Shown: positions 46,607-56,242 of the stretch, one piece after another
Layout of the letters: each line of letters opens with the position of its first letter
Position numbering within the stretch: the first letter of the stretch is position 1
Source: Verrucomicrobiota bacterium
GTDB lineage: Bacteria; Verrucomicrobiota; Verrucomicrobiia; Limisphaerales; JAEYXS01
DNA length: 64,000 bases
Assembly: GCA_023431185.1 (NCBI GenBank)
Contig: JAEYXS010000065.1
Location: 142,057 to 206,056, forward strand
Direction: 5' to 3'
Made by a program: the position numbers and the translations under genes
The notes under the pieces: model-generated
Database searches by the model: none
What the model saw: only the letters and a program-made list of their open reading frames with translations
Told to the model about the DNA's origin: nothing

Positions 46607-46646
46607 GGTCAGACTAGCGAACGCGATCTAGTCTGGCCGTTTTTTG
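46607..46646 (+). terminator. rpsO-pnp intergenic hairpin GGTCAGACTAG-N10-CTAGTCTGGCC followed by GTTTTTTG
   Basis: 11-bp stem (one G-U) plus a T6 run, 60 nt after the rpsO stop. Confidence 0.6.
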
Positions 46647-46736
46647 TTTGTTATCGCGAAGAAACCGTCCGTTGGCCGGGGAAATTTCATTCAACACCTG
46701 GTGCAGGCAGGTGTTCACTGAAGTTCCTCTAGGCTG

Positions 46737-48914
46737 ATGGGCAAATACAGAAAGCATAGTATGCCCGAAAAAGTAATAGCCAAAGTAGGCGCCCAGGAGA
46801 TTCATATCGAAACCGGCAAGTTGGCCAAGCAGGCTGATGGTGCCGTCACCGTGCAACTCGGTGAAACCATGATCATCGTGGCCGCCGTGGCCGCCCCGAA
46901 CGCGAAGCCCGGCCAAGACTTCTTCCCGCTCACGGTGGATTACCGCGAGAAGGCTGCCGCTGCCGGCAAGTTCCCCGGTGGTTATTTCAAGCGTGAAGGC
47001 CGTCCGACGGAGAAGGAAATCCTCACCTGCCGTCTGACTGACCGCCCGATCCGCCCGCTCTTCCCGAAGGGCTGGTATAACGAAGTGCAAGTCCAGACCG
47101 TGCTCCTGAGCGCGGATGGCGTGAACGATCCCGATATCTTGAGCATCATCGGTGCCTCTGCGGCGCTGATGGTCAGTGACATCCCTTGGGCCGGTCCCTT
47201 GGGCGCAGTGCGCGTGGCGCGTGTGAATGGCGAGTTCATCGCGAACCCGACGCATGATGAGCAGGGCCAGAGCGACATGGACCTCGTTTACGTGGGTAAC
47301 GAGAAGGACGTCGTGATGTTCGAGGGCGGTGCGGATGAGATCACGGAAGCGGATTTCATGGCGGCGCTCAAGTTCGCCCACGAAGCCTGCCAGCCGATCA
47401 TCGCGGCGCAGAAGGAGCTCGCTGCAAAGGCCGGCAAACCCAAACGCCAGATCACGGTGAACATCGTTCCCGAAGAGATCCTCGTGGAAGCGAAGAAGCT
47501 CGCCGGTGACCGCATCGTGCCCGCGCTCCTGACGACGGCCAAGCTCGCGCGTGAAGCCGCAGTGAAAGCGGTGTTCGCCGATGTCGGCAAACAGCTCGTG
47601 GAGAAGTTCGGCGCCGAGAAGGTGACCGAATTCGTCCTCAAAGACGCCCAGTATTACATCCAGAAGGAAGCGGTCCGCGGCCTGATCCTCGATCACGGCA
47701 AGCGCCTGGATGGTCGCGCGGCCGATGGCATCCGTGCCATCTCCGGCGAAGTCGGCCTGTTGCCCCGTGTGCATGGTTCCGCGCTGTTCTCCCGTGGTGA
47801 AACCCAGGCGCTGGCACTCGTCACGCTCGGCACCACCGAAGACGCCCAGGAGTATGATTCCTACACGGGCGGCCAGACGGAGAAGCAATTCATCCTGCAC
47901 TACAACTTCCCGAACTTCTCCGTGGGTGAGACGGGTCGTATCTCGGGTCCGGGCCGCCGTGAGATCGGTCACGGAGCATTGGCCGAACGCTCGGTCGCTC
48001 CACTCGTGGACTTGAAGGAATTCCCTTACGCCATTCGTATCACCAGTGAGATTATGGAATCGAACGGTTCCACCTCGATGGCTTCCGTGTGTTCCGCGAG
48101 CCTCGCGCTCATGGATGCCGGTGTGCCGTTGAAGCGCATCGTGGCCGGTATCAGCGTGGGCATCTGCACGGAGTACAACGACAAGAATGAGATCTCCCGC
48201 TACAAGCTCCTGACCGACATCATCGGCTGGGAAGACGCGTTCTGTGACATGGATTGCAAGATCGCCGGCACGACGAAGGGCATCACGGGCTTCCAGCTCG
48301 ACCTGAAGCTTAAGGGCTTGCCGTTCTCCATCATGGCCGAGACGGTGGAGCAGGCGCGCGTCGCCCGCCTCAGCATCATCGAGAGCATGAAGCAGACGCT
48401 GGCTGAGCCACGTGCGAACCTCAGCAAGTATGCCCCGCGCATCACCACGCTGAAGATTGACCCGGACAAGATCGGTCTGCTGATCGGGCCTGGCGGCAAG
48501 AACATCAAGCGCATCGTCGAAGAGTCGGGTTGCGAGATCAACATCGACGACGACGGCACGGTGCATGTTTACTCGGTGTCCGAAGAGGGCATGCAGCTCG
48601 CCAAGGACGCGATCACGGGCATGACGGCCGAGATCGAGATTGGCAAGACCTACCGCGGCAAAGTCGTGACGCTGAAGGAATTCGGCTGCTTCGTGGAAGT
48701 GCTGCCGGGCAAGGACGGCCTGGTGCACATCAGCGAGCTGGCGAACTTCCGCGTGAAGCAGACAGAAGACATCGTGAAGGTCGGCGACGAGATCTGGGTC
48801 AAGTGCCTGGGCATCGACGAGAAGGGCCGCGTGAAGCTGTCCCGCCGCGCCGCGATGGAAGACCGCGACAAGGAGATGGCCGCGAAGGGCGAGAAGCCGG
48901 AAGCGAAAGCCTAA
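46737..48914 (+). CDS. pnp: polyribonucleotide nucleotidyltransferase (PNPase)
   Basis: 725 aa; ATG 46761 is an alternative start. Two RNase PH domains. KH domain ([15 protein letters not shown]). S1 domain ([33 protein letters not shown]). Confidence 0.95.
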   Translation: MGKYRKHSMPEKVIAKVGAQEIHIETGKLAKQADGAVTVQLGETMIIVAAVAAPNAKPGQDFFPLTVDYREKAAAAGKFPGGYFKREGRPTEKEILTCRLTDRPIRPLFPKGWYNEVQVQTVLLSADGVNDPDILSIIGASAALMVSDIPWAGPLGAVRVARVNGEFIANPTHDEQGQSDMDLVYVGNEKDVVMFEGGADEITEADFMAALKFAHEACQPIIAAQKELAAKAGKPKRQITVNIVPEEILVEAKKLAGDRIVPALLTTAKLAREAAVKAVFADVGKQLVEKFGAEKVTEFVLKDAQYYIQKEAVRGLILDHGKRLDGRAADGIRAISGEVGLLPRVHGSALFSRGETQALALVTLGTTEDAQEYDSYTGGQTEKQFILHYNFPNFSVGETGRISGPGRREIGHGALAERSVAPLVDLKEFPYAIRITSEIMESNGSTSMASVCSASLALMDAGVPLKRIVAGISVGICTEYNDKNEISRYKLLTDIIGWEDAFCDMDCKIAGTTKGITGFQLDLKLKGLPFSIMAETVEQARVARLSIIESMKQTLAEPRANLSKYAPRITTLKIDPDKIGLLIGPGGKNIKRIVEESGCEINIDDDGTVHVYSVSEEGMQLAKDAITGMTAEIEIGKTYRGKVVTLKEFGCFVEVLPGKDGLVHISELANFRVKQTEDIVKVGDEIWVKCLGIDEKGRVKLSRRAAMEDRDKEMAAKGEKPEAKA

Positions 48915-48938
48915 GCTGCTCCTGAAATAATTCGAGAA

Positions 48939-48968
48939 GGCGGACCGGAAACGGTCCGCCTTTTTTTG
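48939..48968 (+). terminator. intrinsic terminator GGCGGACCG-GAAA-CGGTCCGCC-TTTTTTTG
   Basis: Perfect 9-bp stem with a GAAA loop and a T7 tail, 25 nt after the pnp stop. Confidence 0.85.
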
Positions 48969-49032
48969 TTGGCGAGATTTTATCCTTCGTGAGACGGAGA
49001 GAAGATTGGAGCCAGTCCCACTAAACTGAGGT

Positions 49033-49296
49033 TTACTGCAGCCAGCTTTTGGGCAGGCCTTTGGTAAGGGGGGAACTGAAAGCTTTGTAGTGTTTGAAGG
49101 CCACGCGCAGGTTTTCCTTGGTGCTCGTGTTGATGTCCTGCAGCAGGGCCATGATATCTTCGTACTCGTGCGCGGGGATGTCCATGGCCATCATGGCATC
49201 ACGGGCCCACTCACGCAGTTCGTCATGCGTAAGACGGCCTTCCATGCAATCTTCGATCTTCGCGCCGCAATCGGCCAGAGTGACCCGTAGAATCAT
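49033..49296 (-). CDS. hypothetical small acidic protein (87 aa)
   Basis: ATG ORF with non-shadow-like composition (MILRVTLADCGAKIEDCMEGRLTHDELREWARDAMMAMDIPAHEYEDIMALLQDI...). No family recognised. Confidence 0.4.
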   Translation of the reverse strand: MILRVTLADCGAKIEDCMEGRLTHDELREWARDAMMAMDIPAHEYEDIMALLQDINTSTKENLRVAFKHYKAFSSPLTKGLPKSWLQ

Positions 49297-49411
49297 GGAG
49301 TGAAGTTATCAGACCTTGATGGAAATTCCAAGATGGTTGGAAAGGGAGTTCCAAGTTTTTATGGCGGGAAGGCGCGGTGGCGCGTCAGGAGGCGGGCAAC
49401 CTAAGAAAACG

Positions 49412-50980
49412 CTAAGGGTTATTTTCTGAACGGCGAAAGAAAGCAGGTGGGAACGGAGCCTGCTGGCCTTTCTCCGGATGGCGCCAAGGGTAAACGGTGC
49501 CGCGATCGCGGAGCAGGGGGAGGTTTTCACCGTGGCTTTGTTCCAACAGGTCGAAGAGCTGCGCGTTCATCTGTTTTACGCGTGCTTGCTGGTCAGCGGC
49601 GGTGATGAGGTTCTTGCGCTCTTGCGGGTCGGTCTGGAGGTCGTAGAGTTCGTTGATGTCCCAGAGGCCGTGGTAGCGGATGTATTTGTAGCGGTCACCG
49701 ACGAGGGCGTGCATGGTCGGGGTTTGGGGATAGTTTTGCTCCCAGTAATATTCGTAGAGGATGTTTTCACGCCACTTGACCGGCTGGCCTTGCAGGAGGG
49801 GGAGGAAGCTGCGGCCATCCATAGCCGAGGGCGGACGGAGGCCGGCGAATTCGAGGAGGGTGGGGGCGATGTCGATATTGGCGACTGTTTGCGCGACGGT
49901 CGTGCCGGGTTTGAGAACGGCGGGACAGTGCATGAGGAGGGGGACGCGGAGAGAGGCTTCGTAGGCGGTGCGTTTATCGATGAGGCCGTGTTCGCCGAAC
50001 TGGAAGCCGTTATCACCCATGTAAACGAAGAGGGTGGAATCGAGTTGCTGATGTTCTTCCAGCCATTTGAAAACGCGGCCGAGATTGTCATCCACGGCGA
50101 GGAGGGCTTCGCAATAGCGGCGGTAGTAAGCGGCGAGATCGAAGTCGGGGAGGTTGTAGCCGAAGTCGGCACCGTGGCGGCTGTTGCGCTGGTTTTGCAA
50201 CCAGAGGGGTTTATCGGCAAAGTTTTCCGGGGTGTTGGCGAGGGAAGCGGGAGGAGTGAAAGGTTTGTTTTTATAGCGGTCTTTATGGCGGTCGTGCGGG
50301 ACGAAGTCCGAGTGGACGGCTTTGTGCGAGATGTAGGCGAAGAAGGGCTTGTTCGACTTACGCGAGTTCAGCCATTCGAGGGCGTAGTCGGTGAGTTCAT
50401 CGGTGATGTAGCCTTTTTGCGGGACGCGTTGCGTGCCGTTGATGTTGAAGCCGTCGTAGGCGGTTTGTGGCACGACGCGGGAGGTGCCGCGGCCATCAGG
50501 CCAGTAGCTGCCCTGGCCTTTGAAGACGACCCAATGGTCGAAGCCGCGCTGGGGTTCATCCGTCTCGCCCATGTGCCATTTGCCGAAGAAGGCGGTGTCG
50601 TAACCGGCCTTTTGCAGATACTGCGGGAAAAAAGTCAGGGTGGGGGAGACGGGGTTGTAATTATCCACCACGCGGTGGTTGTGGGCGTAGAGGCCGGTGA
50701 GGATGGAGGCGCGGCTGGGGGAACAAAGAGAGGTGGTGACCATTGCCTTCGGAAAGTGGACGCCGTTTTTGGCGAGTCGGTCCAAATTTGGTGTCTCGAG
50801 CCAGGGGTGGTTGAGGAAACCCATGGCATCGTAGCGGTGGTCGTCGGCCAGGACGAAGATGATGTTGCGCGGCTTGCCGCCGGGAAGTTTGGGGAGTTTC
50901 AAATCGGCGGCGTGGGTGGAGCCAGCCACCAAAAGGCTGAATAGCCAGAGCAGGGGACGGCAGCCAAGGTTACAGATCAT
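49412..50980 (-). CDS. formylglycine-dependent sulfatase
   Basis: 522 aa with a signal peptide. Contains IIFVLADDHRYD and the Cys-type FGly motif LCSPSRASILTG. Confidence 0.9.
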   Translation of the reverse strand: MICNLGCRPLLWLFSLLVAGSTHAADLKLPKLPGGKPRNIIFVLADDHRYDAMGFLNHPWLETPNLDRLAKNGVHFPKAMVTTSLCSPSRASILTGLYAHNHRVVDNYNPVSPTLTFFPQYLQKAGYDTAFFGKWHMGETDEPQRGFDHWVVFKGQGSYWPDGRGTSRVVPQTAYDGFNINGTQRVPQKGYITDELTDYALEWLNSRKSNKPFFAYISHKAVHSDFVPHDRHKDRYKNKPFTPPASLANTPENFADKPLWLQNQRNSRHGADFGYNLPDFDLAAYYRRYCEALLAVDDNLGRVFKWLEEHQQLDSTLFVYMGDNGFQFGEHGLIDKRTAYEASLRVPLLMHCPAVLKPGTTVAQTVANIDIAPTLLEFAGLRPPSAMDGRSFLPLLQGQPVKWRENILYEYYWEQNYPQTPTMHALVGDRYKYIRYHGLWDINELYDLQTDPQERKNLITAADQQARVKQMNAQLFDLLEQSHGENLPLLRDRGTVYPWRHPEKGQQAPFPPAFFRRSENNP

Positions 50981-51052
50981 GGTCAGGGCGAACGTAGGGT
51001 TTGATAATGGTCATTATCCAGGCAAACGGGTGCAGGGGCAAGGCGAAGACGG

Positions 51053-52525
51053 TCACTTTTTCGAAAGCACTGCCTGAAGTTGGGCTTGGAGTTCGGCGCG
51101 GGTCTTTTGGTGGGCTGGATCGTTGGCAAGATTACTCATTTCCTGCGGGTCGGTGGTGTGGTCGTAGAGTTCGGTGCCTTTGCGGACGGCGTCCCATTCG
51201 GTGTAGCGCCAGCGTTCGGTGCGAAGGCTATAGCCCATGTAGCCGGGGGTGGCGGGTTTCTTGCCGGTGTCGAAAGTGCCGACGGGGACGCCGCGGGATT
51301 GTTGAGTGAGGGCGTGTTTGTTCCATCTTGCATTCGGGTCTTTCAATAAGGGGCGCAGGCTGAGGCCGTCGAGCTTCACGGCGGGTTTGAGGCCGCAGAG
51401 GTCGGTGAGGGTGGGATAGAGATCGAGGAGTTCGACGACGCGCGGGCAGGGTTTGCCGGCGGCCAGGCCGGGAGCGGAGATGATGAGGGGGACGCGGGCG
51501 GATTCTTCAAAGAGGGACATCTTCTGCCACTGGCCTTTCTCGCCGAGGTGATAGCCGTGATCGCTGATAAAGACGACGATGGTTTTCTCACGCAGCTTCA
51601 GGCGATCCAAGGCAGCGAGGACATGGCCGACCTGGGCATCCATGAAGGAGATGCTGGCGAGGTAAGCCTGGATGGCCTGGCGGCGCTGTGTATCGGTCAT
51701 GGCGTCGTGGTCTTTGCGATTGGTGAGGGCGGCGGCGGGGAAGAGGTCTTTCACATTCGTGGGAATAACGGGCAGCTTGATCTTATCGAGCGGGTAGAGG
51801 TCGAAATATTTTTTGGGCGCGACGTAGGGGGTGTGGGGGCGGAAGAAACCGACGGCGAGGAAGAAGGGCTTGCTTTGGTTTTCCTCGAGCAATTGCGCGG
51901 CGGCGCGGGCGGTGAGGCCATCGGTCTGTTCGGCATCGGTGCCCTCGGCGGCGAGCCAACTGAGGGTGCCAGCGTAGCGGGAGGCACCTTCAAGATCGGG
52001 GCGGAGGGTGAAGATCTTTTCTTCATCGGTCACGTCGCGGCCTTTGGGATTGATGACCTGGTCCCAGGAAGGGGCGTCGTCCGCGCCATCGGTACCGATC
52101 TGGGCGGGGACGGCGTAGTGGAAGATTATGCCGACGCGGGCGGTGAACCAGCCGTTTTGGCGGAAGGTCTGCGGGAGGGTGGGGTGAGCGGGGAGTTTGG
52201 TGCGGAAGTTCGCGCTGTTGTTCACGACGCCGTTGTTATCGGGCCGCAGGCCGGTGAGGAACGAGGAGCGCGAGGGACTGCACAGGGGGAACTGACAATA
52301 AGCGCGGTCGAAGCGGACACCTTGGGCGGCGAGGCGGTCGAGGTGCGGGGTGTGGGCGAGATTGTCGCCGTAGCAGCCAAGGCGGGTGTTGAGGTCGTCC
52401 GCGACGAGAAAGAGGACGTTAAGTTTATCGGCGGCGCGAGTGGTCAAGGGGGTGAGGGACCAGAGCAGGCACAGCAGGAGGGCGAGTAGGCGCGAGGCCA
52501 AGGTGCGTGTGGATGGCGGTAGCAT
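51053..52525 (-). CDS. formylglycine-dependent sulfatase (iduronate-2-sulfatase-like)
   Basis: Start trimmed to the ATG at 52525, which gives signal peptide MLPPSTRTLASRLLALLLCLLWSL. Contains VLFLVADDLN and LCSPSRSSFLTG. Confidence 0.9.
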   Translation of the reverse strand: MLPPSTRTLASRLLALLLCLLWSLTPLTTRAADKLNVLFLVADDLNTRLGCYGDNLAHTPHLDRLAAQGVRFDRAYCQFPLCSPSRSSFLTGLRPDNNGVVNNSANFRTKLPAHPTLPQTFRQNGWFTARVGIIFHYAVPAQIGTDGADDAPSWDQVINPKGRDVTDEEKIFTLRPDLEGASRYAGTLSWLAAEGTDAEQTDGLTARAAAQLLEENQSKPFFLAVGFFRPHTPYVAPKKYFDLYPLDKIKLPVIPTNVKDLFPAAALTNRKDHDAMTDTQRRQAIQAYLASISFMDAQVGHVLAALDRLKLREKTIVVFISDHGYHLGEKGQWQKMSLFEESARVPLIISAPGLAAGKPCPRVVELLDLYPTLTDLCGLKPAVKLDGLSLRPLLKDPNARWNKHALTQQSRGVPVGTFDTGKKPATPGYMGYSLRTERWRYTEWDAVRKGTELYDHTTDPQEMSNLANDPAHQKTRAELQAQLQAVLSKK

Positions 52526-52732
52526 GGATGTAGCCGATTGTGGCGCGGCTGGGCGGAGATGGCAATGCTGTGACGGGACCAAAAGACGTGAACCGCGACA
52601 GCGGAACCGGGACGGCCAACCCGCGTTGACTTCAGCGTCTTGTTAGCACACCAACTACATGAGGGTTAGGGCAATGAGTCCACATAGTCGTCATAATCAA
52701 ATCAGTGGGGAGGGGTAACGATGTCGGGCGTT

Positions 52733-55324
52733 TTAATTGACGCTTGGTGCGATCACCCCATTCGTTCCCTGCAACTTCAATAACAAACTATGCGCATCGC
52801 GAAAGCGTGGTGCCTCCTCCAACGACCTAAGCACATGTTCCTTTGCCTCTGCCGGATTCTTCTCCGTCAGCAGCTTAGCCAGCCGGAAATGCACCTCCGC
52901 CGGATCAGCCGGGTCCAACTGCAACAAACGCTTGTAGGCATCCACGGCTTTATCCGGGTTACTGGTTGATTCATTCGATTTCCCGGAAAACCAATAAGGC
53001 TGCGCCAGCAGAGGGTTCACCGCCAAGAACCGGTCCGCGTTCACCTGCACCAGCTTCCAGTCCTGCTGCTCTACCCCGATCTCCATAAGCCGCAGATACG
53101 CGTCCACCGCTTCGCCATCGATCGCCGCCAGCTTCTCCAGTGTCGCCCGTTCCGCCGCCGTTTCCTTCAGATTCTTGTGCGCCGCCGCCAGCAGGTAATA
53201 CGCGCTGTCCGGCCCGAGCTGGCGCGGATACGCCGTGACCAGTTTCTGCAAGGGCTCCTTCGCCTCGGCCCATTTCTTTTGCTGCATCAGATCCCGGCTC
53301 TTCTGCATCAGCACATAATAATTCCTTGGATCGCCCCTCAGCTGATCGATCAGATTCGCTCCGGGTACGACCGATTTCGCGTCCGGCTTCTTGAATGAAA
53401 GGTCCGGGGCCAGGCCCTCCGCCAGCTTCTTCGCATACTCGGCAAACTCCTTCTCGATCTTGTCCATCGGCTGCGTGTTCTTCGCGATGGCCTCGTTGAT
53501 GCCCACGCCCTCATGCAGGTCTCTCAAGATCTTGCGCAGCGCCTCGATGCCGTATTTGCCCACCAGATAATCCACCACCAGTGAGGACTGGTAGTAAGCG
53601 AACTGCACATGCAACCCGCTCTTCGCGTTCAGGAATGCCGAACTCAGTTCGCTCACCGGCGTCAGATCCTCACCCAGTACCATCTCGCGATACCGCGCAT
53701 TCATGTGCTGGCCCCAGACCGGATTCGCCTGCCGCTCCTCATGCACCGATATGCCCTCGCTCAACCAGCGCGGCATGCGATTCCGCGTCAGTTCCAGCGT
53801 CACCACGTGACAGAACTCATGCCACAGCACCGCTTCCCAGTTCGCCGAACGGCTCACTTGCGCCGAAGGACTGTTCGCCGTGATGACCTTGCCGAAGCAA
53901 ACACCGAGGAAGCCCGGATTATCCGGCATCCCGAACGTCCGCACGCCGAAATCCTTCTGACTGCCAAAGATCTCCACCGTGATCGGATGCTTCAATTCCA
54001 AGCCGTACTTCGTGCACAGATTCGTCCGCGCCCGTTCCAGCAACTCCAGCACGCGATCACCAAAGATCGGTCCCTCCTTCGCCGGCATCCGCACGATGAA
54101 ATGCTGGTTCGTCAGCGTTGCGTAGCTGTCCAGCACGCCCTTGAGCGTGGTCAGGTTATACGCCGTGACATCATACTCGTCCGCGCGATGCACCTCATCC
54201 GCCAGTATCCAGCCCTCATCTGTCTTGCCGATGCGCAGGTAATCCTGTGCAAGCTGCATCTTCGCCGGCAGATACTCCGGATCAAACTTCAAGGCCTGCC
54301 GCTGGAACTCCGAACCTTCCGCAAAACGATACTTCTGCGAAAGCTTCAAGCCGATGAGATGATCCACCTTCGGATTGTTCTTCCACAGCTTCAACGCCTC
54401 CTCCCGGCAGCGTTTCTCTTCCGCTGCATCATTCTTCAGATGCGCCAGCACGGATTGATACGCCCACACCTCGGGATGTCTTGGGTTGATCTTTAACACC
54501 TCATCAATCGTGATCTTCGCCGCCTCATACTGTTCCGCATCGATGAAATGATCGATGAGCAACAAGCGCGCTTCCACGTGATTCTTGTTCACTTTCAACG
54601 CGTCATTCACCAGCTTGATCATCGTCTGCCGGTCGCTCGGCGCAAAGGCGCGCGCGAGGCCGTAGAGCAGTTCCGCATCCTTGGGATGATGCTTCAGACC
54701 GGCCTGAAATTCTTTCGAGGCCATCTCGTAATCATGCTTCTCCAGCGCGAGATCACCCGTGGCCAGATACACTTCCCGGTTCGTCGCCTCCTGTTTTTTC
54801 ACCGGATCATAAAAGACTTCGAGCACACGTTTCGGATCAGCGCTCAACAGTAAAGCAGCGCGGCCAAGCGTGACCATGCTGGATGCATCACGATACGCAT
54901 ACGTGCGTGAGCCCGCGAGATAGTTGATCTCCGAAAGCATGGATTTCGCCCGGTCCACCTGGCCGTTCGCACGATGAATCTCCCAGGAGAGCAGGCGCAA
55001 ACGCACGCTGGAATAATAGCGCGGCACCGCCTTGGTGATGCCTTCAAGTGCTTCGGGATACTTCCCCTGTGCCAGCAGGGCACGCCCTTGCAGCAACCGC
55101 CATTCCTCGTCGTATTCGTTATCGTCGATAGCCTGCGTCGTCATCTTCTCGCACTCGGCGTACTTGCCTTCCAAGAGAAGTTTCCGGGCATCCTCCAGTT
55201 CGGCGGCTGCACTGGCCCAAGCCCCGTAGAGCAAGAGCAAAAGAGCCGATAAACAGGGACCAAGAGGGGCAAGAGACTGCCCGGCAGAGGGGCGACAGAC
55301 CGGTTGCTGAGGCTGGTTGCTCAT
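52733..55324 (-). CDS. TPR-repeat protein with embedded HExxH (peptidase-MA-like) domain
   Basis: 863 aa with a signal/TM N-terminus. TPR-like helices flank WEAVLWHEFCHVVTLELTRNRMPRWLSEGISVHEE, an HExxH motif plus a downstream E. Confidence 0.75.
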   Translation of the reverse strand: MSNQPQQPVCRPSAGQSLAPLGPCLSALLLLLYGAWASAAAELEDARKLLLEGKYAECEKMTTQAIDDNEYDEEWRLLQGRALLAQGKYPEALEGITKAVPRYYSSVRLRLLSWEIHRANGQVDRAKSMLSEINYLAGSRTYAYRDASSMVTLGRAALLLSADPKRVLEVFYDPVKKQEATNREVYLATGDLALEKHDYEMASKEFQAGLKHHPKDAELLYGLARAFAPSDRQTMIKLVNDALKVNKNHVEARLLLIDHFIDAEQYEAAKITIDEVLKINPRHPEVWAYQSVLAHLKNDAAEEKRCREEALKLWKNNPKVDHLIGLKLSQKYRFAEGSEFQRQALKFDPEYLPAKMQLAQDYLRIGKTDEGWILADEVHRADEYDVTAYNLTTLKGVLDSYATLTNQHFIVRMPAKEGPIFGDRVLELLERARTNLCTKYGLELKHPITVEIFGSQKDFGVRTFGMPDNPGFLGVCFGKVITANSPSAQVSRSANWEAVLWHEFCHVVTLELTRNRMPRWLSEGISVHEERQANPVWGQHMNARYREMVLGEDLTPVSELSSAFLNAKSGLHVQFAYYQSSLVVDYLVGKYGIEALRKILRDLHEGVGINEAIAKNTQPMDKIEKEFAEYAKKLAEGLAPDLSFKKPDAKSVVPGANLIDQLRGDPRNYYVLMQKSRDLMQQKKWAEAKEPLQKLVTAYPRQLGPDSAYYLLAAAHKNLKETAAERATLEKLAAIDGEAVDAYLRLMEIGVEQQDWKLVQVNADRFLAVNPLLAQPYWFSGKSNESTSNPDKAVDAYKRLLQLDPADPAEVHFRLAKLLTEKNPAEAKEHVLRSLEEAPRFRDAHSLLLKLQGTNGVIAPSVN

Positions 55325-55771
55325 CGGTGGCTGTGGGCTTGTGTTACTGGGCCAAGGTTACCGCTGAACGGGCAGAAATCAACGCAGGATGCCCATTTCG
55401 GTCATTTTTTGCGGCGATTACAAAATATTCCCGTTTTCCGCCAAACTCACGGCAAATCAGCAGGTTACAGGGGCAAAAACCCACAAATCCTAAAGTTTCT
55501 TTTAAAAAAGCCGTTGACGGGGTGTTTTCGCTCATTATGGTGCGCGCCCCGTTTTAAGACGGGGTGTGTCTCGGTATAAGACCGCTGCGACGAATCAGAA
55601 TCGCCCGCCGTTCGGCCCCCTGGAAACGCCGTTTCCAGCTCGCCCTCGGCCCCGACGAAACTTTACGCCCGGCGGACGGCACCAACAGGCGGCAGTTTAT
55701 TGACTGTTTACTCCGCGTTCCCGCCAGGGGACATGCCGCCTTAAGGTACGCCACCGGTAGTGGTCTGATTT

Positions 55772-56221
55772 ATGAAACACATCCTGATACTGACGGGCCT
55801 TTTGTGGGCAGGTTTCACCTTGCCCGCCAGAGCCGCCACGTACGGACAAAAAGTCGTTGCTGCCGTTCTCCTCGCCGAAGCGCGGGGGGAAGGCGAGAAC
55901 GGCATGGTCGCGGTGGCCGAGGTCATCCGGCGCCGCGCCGACCAGAAAGGCATCTCCCCGCTCTCCGTGGTGAAGCCCGGCGCTTTCTCCAGCCTGAATG
56001 GCAAAACGCACGATCAGATCGTGCGCGAGTTTGAGAAGCACCCGCTGTTCCCCCAGGCCTTGCGTATCGCCCGCACCACCTACAATGAGCCGCACAAGAT
56101 GCGGAACATCACGCGTGGAGCCACCCATTTCACGCACAAGAAGGAGGTCCCCTATTGGGCCGTGAACCAGACTCCCGTGGCCATCATCGGCAACCACGCC
56201 TTCTACCGGCTGGACAATTGA
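55772..56221 (+). CDS. SleB-type cell wall hydrolase (Hydrolase_2 family)
   Basis: 149 aa with signal peptide MKHILILTGLLWAGFTLPARA. Contains VAAVLLAEARGEGENGMVAVAEVIRRR...ATHFTHK...PYWA. Confidence 0.8.
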   Translation: MKHILILTGLLWAGFTLPARAATYGQKVVAAVLLAEARGEGENGMVAVAEVIRRRADQKGISPLSVVKPGAFSSLNGKTHDQIVREFEKHPLFPQALRIARTTYNEPHKMRNITRGATHFTHKKEVPYWAVNQTPVAIIGNHAFYRLDN

Positions 56222-56242
56222 TCCGCAGATTTTCGCAACAGT

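Noticed and set aside
46614-48728. 704-aa ORF on the minus strand, the longest antisense ORF in the window
   Set aside because: It is completely antisense to the unambiguous pnp gene. Its composition is R/H/D/L/G-rich shadow sequence with no recognisable motifs. This is a typical high-GC codon-position artefact.
49412-52525. Tandem sulfatases as a novel polysaccharide-utilisation system
   Set aside because: Multiple Cys-type (CSPSR) sulfatases are commonplace in PVC genomes. No SusC/D, glycoside hydrolase, regulator or maturase is adjacent in this window.
55550-55700. Assigning the SleB-upstream leader to the ydaO c-di-AMP riboswitch class
   Set aside because: ACGGGG and GAATC elements are present, but I could not align the pseudo-two-fold ydaO core (GGGGA-CCA / CCCGAA-CCG segments) by eye. 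It is kept only as an untyped structured-leader candidate.
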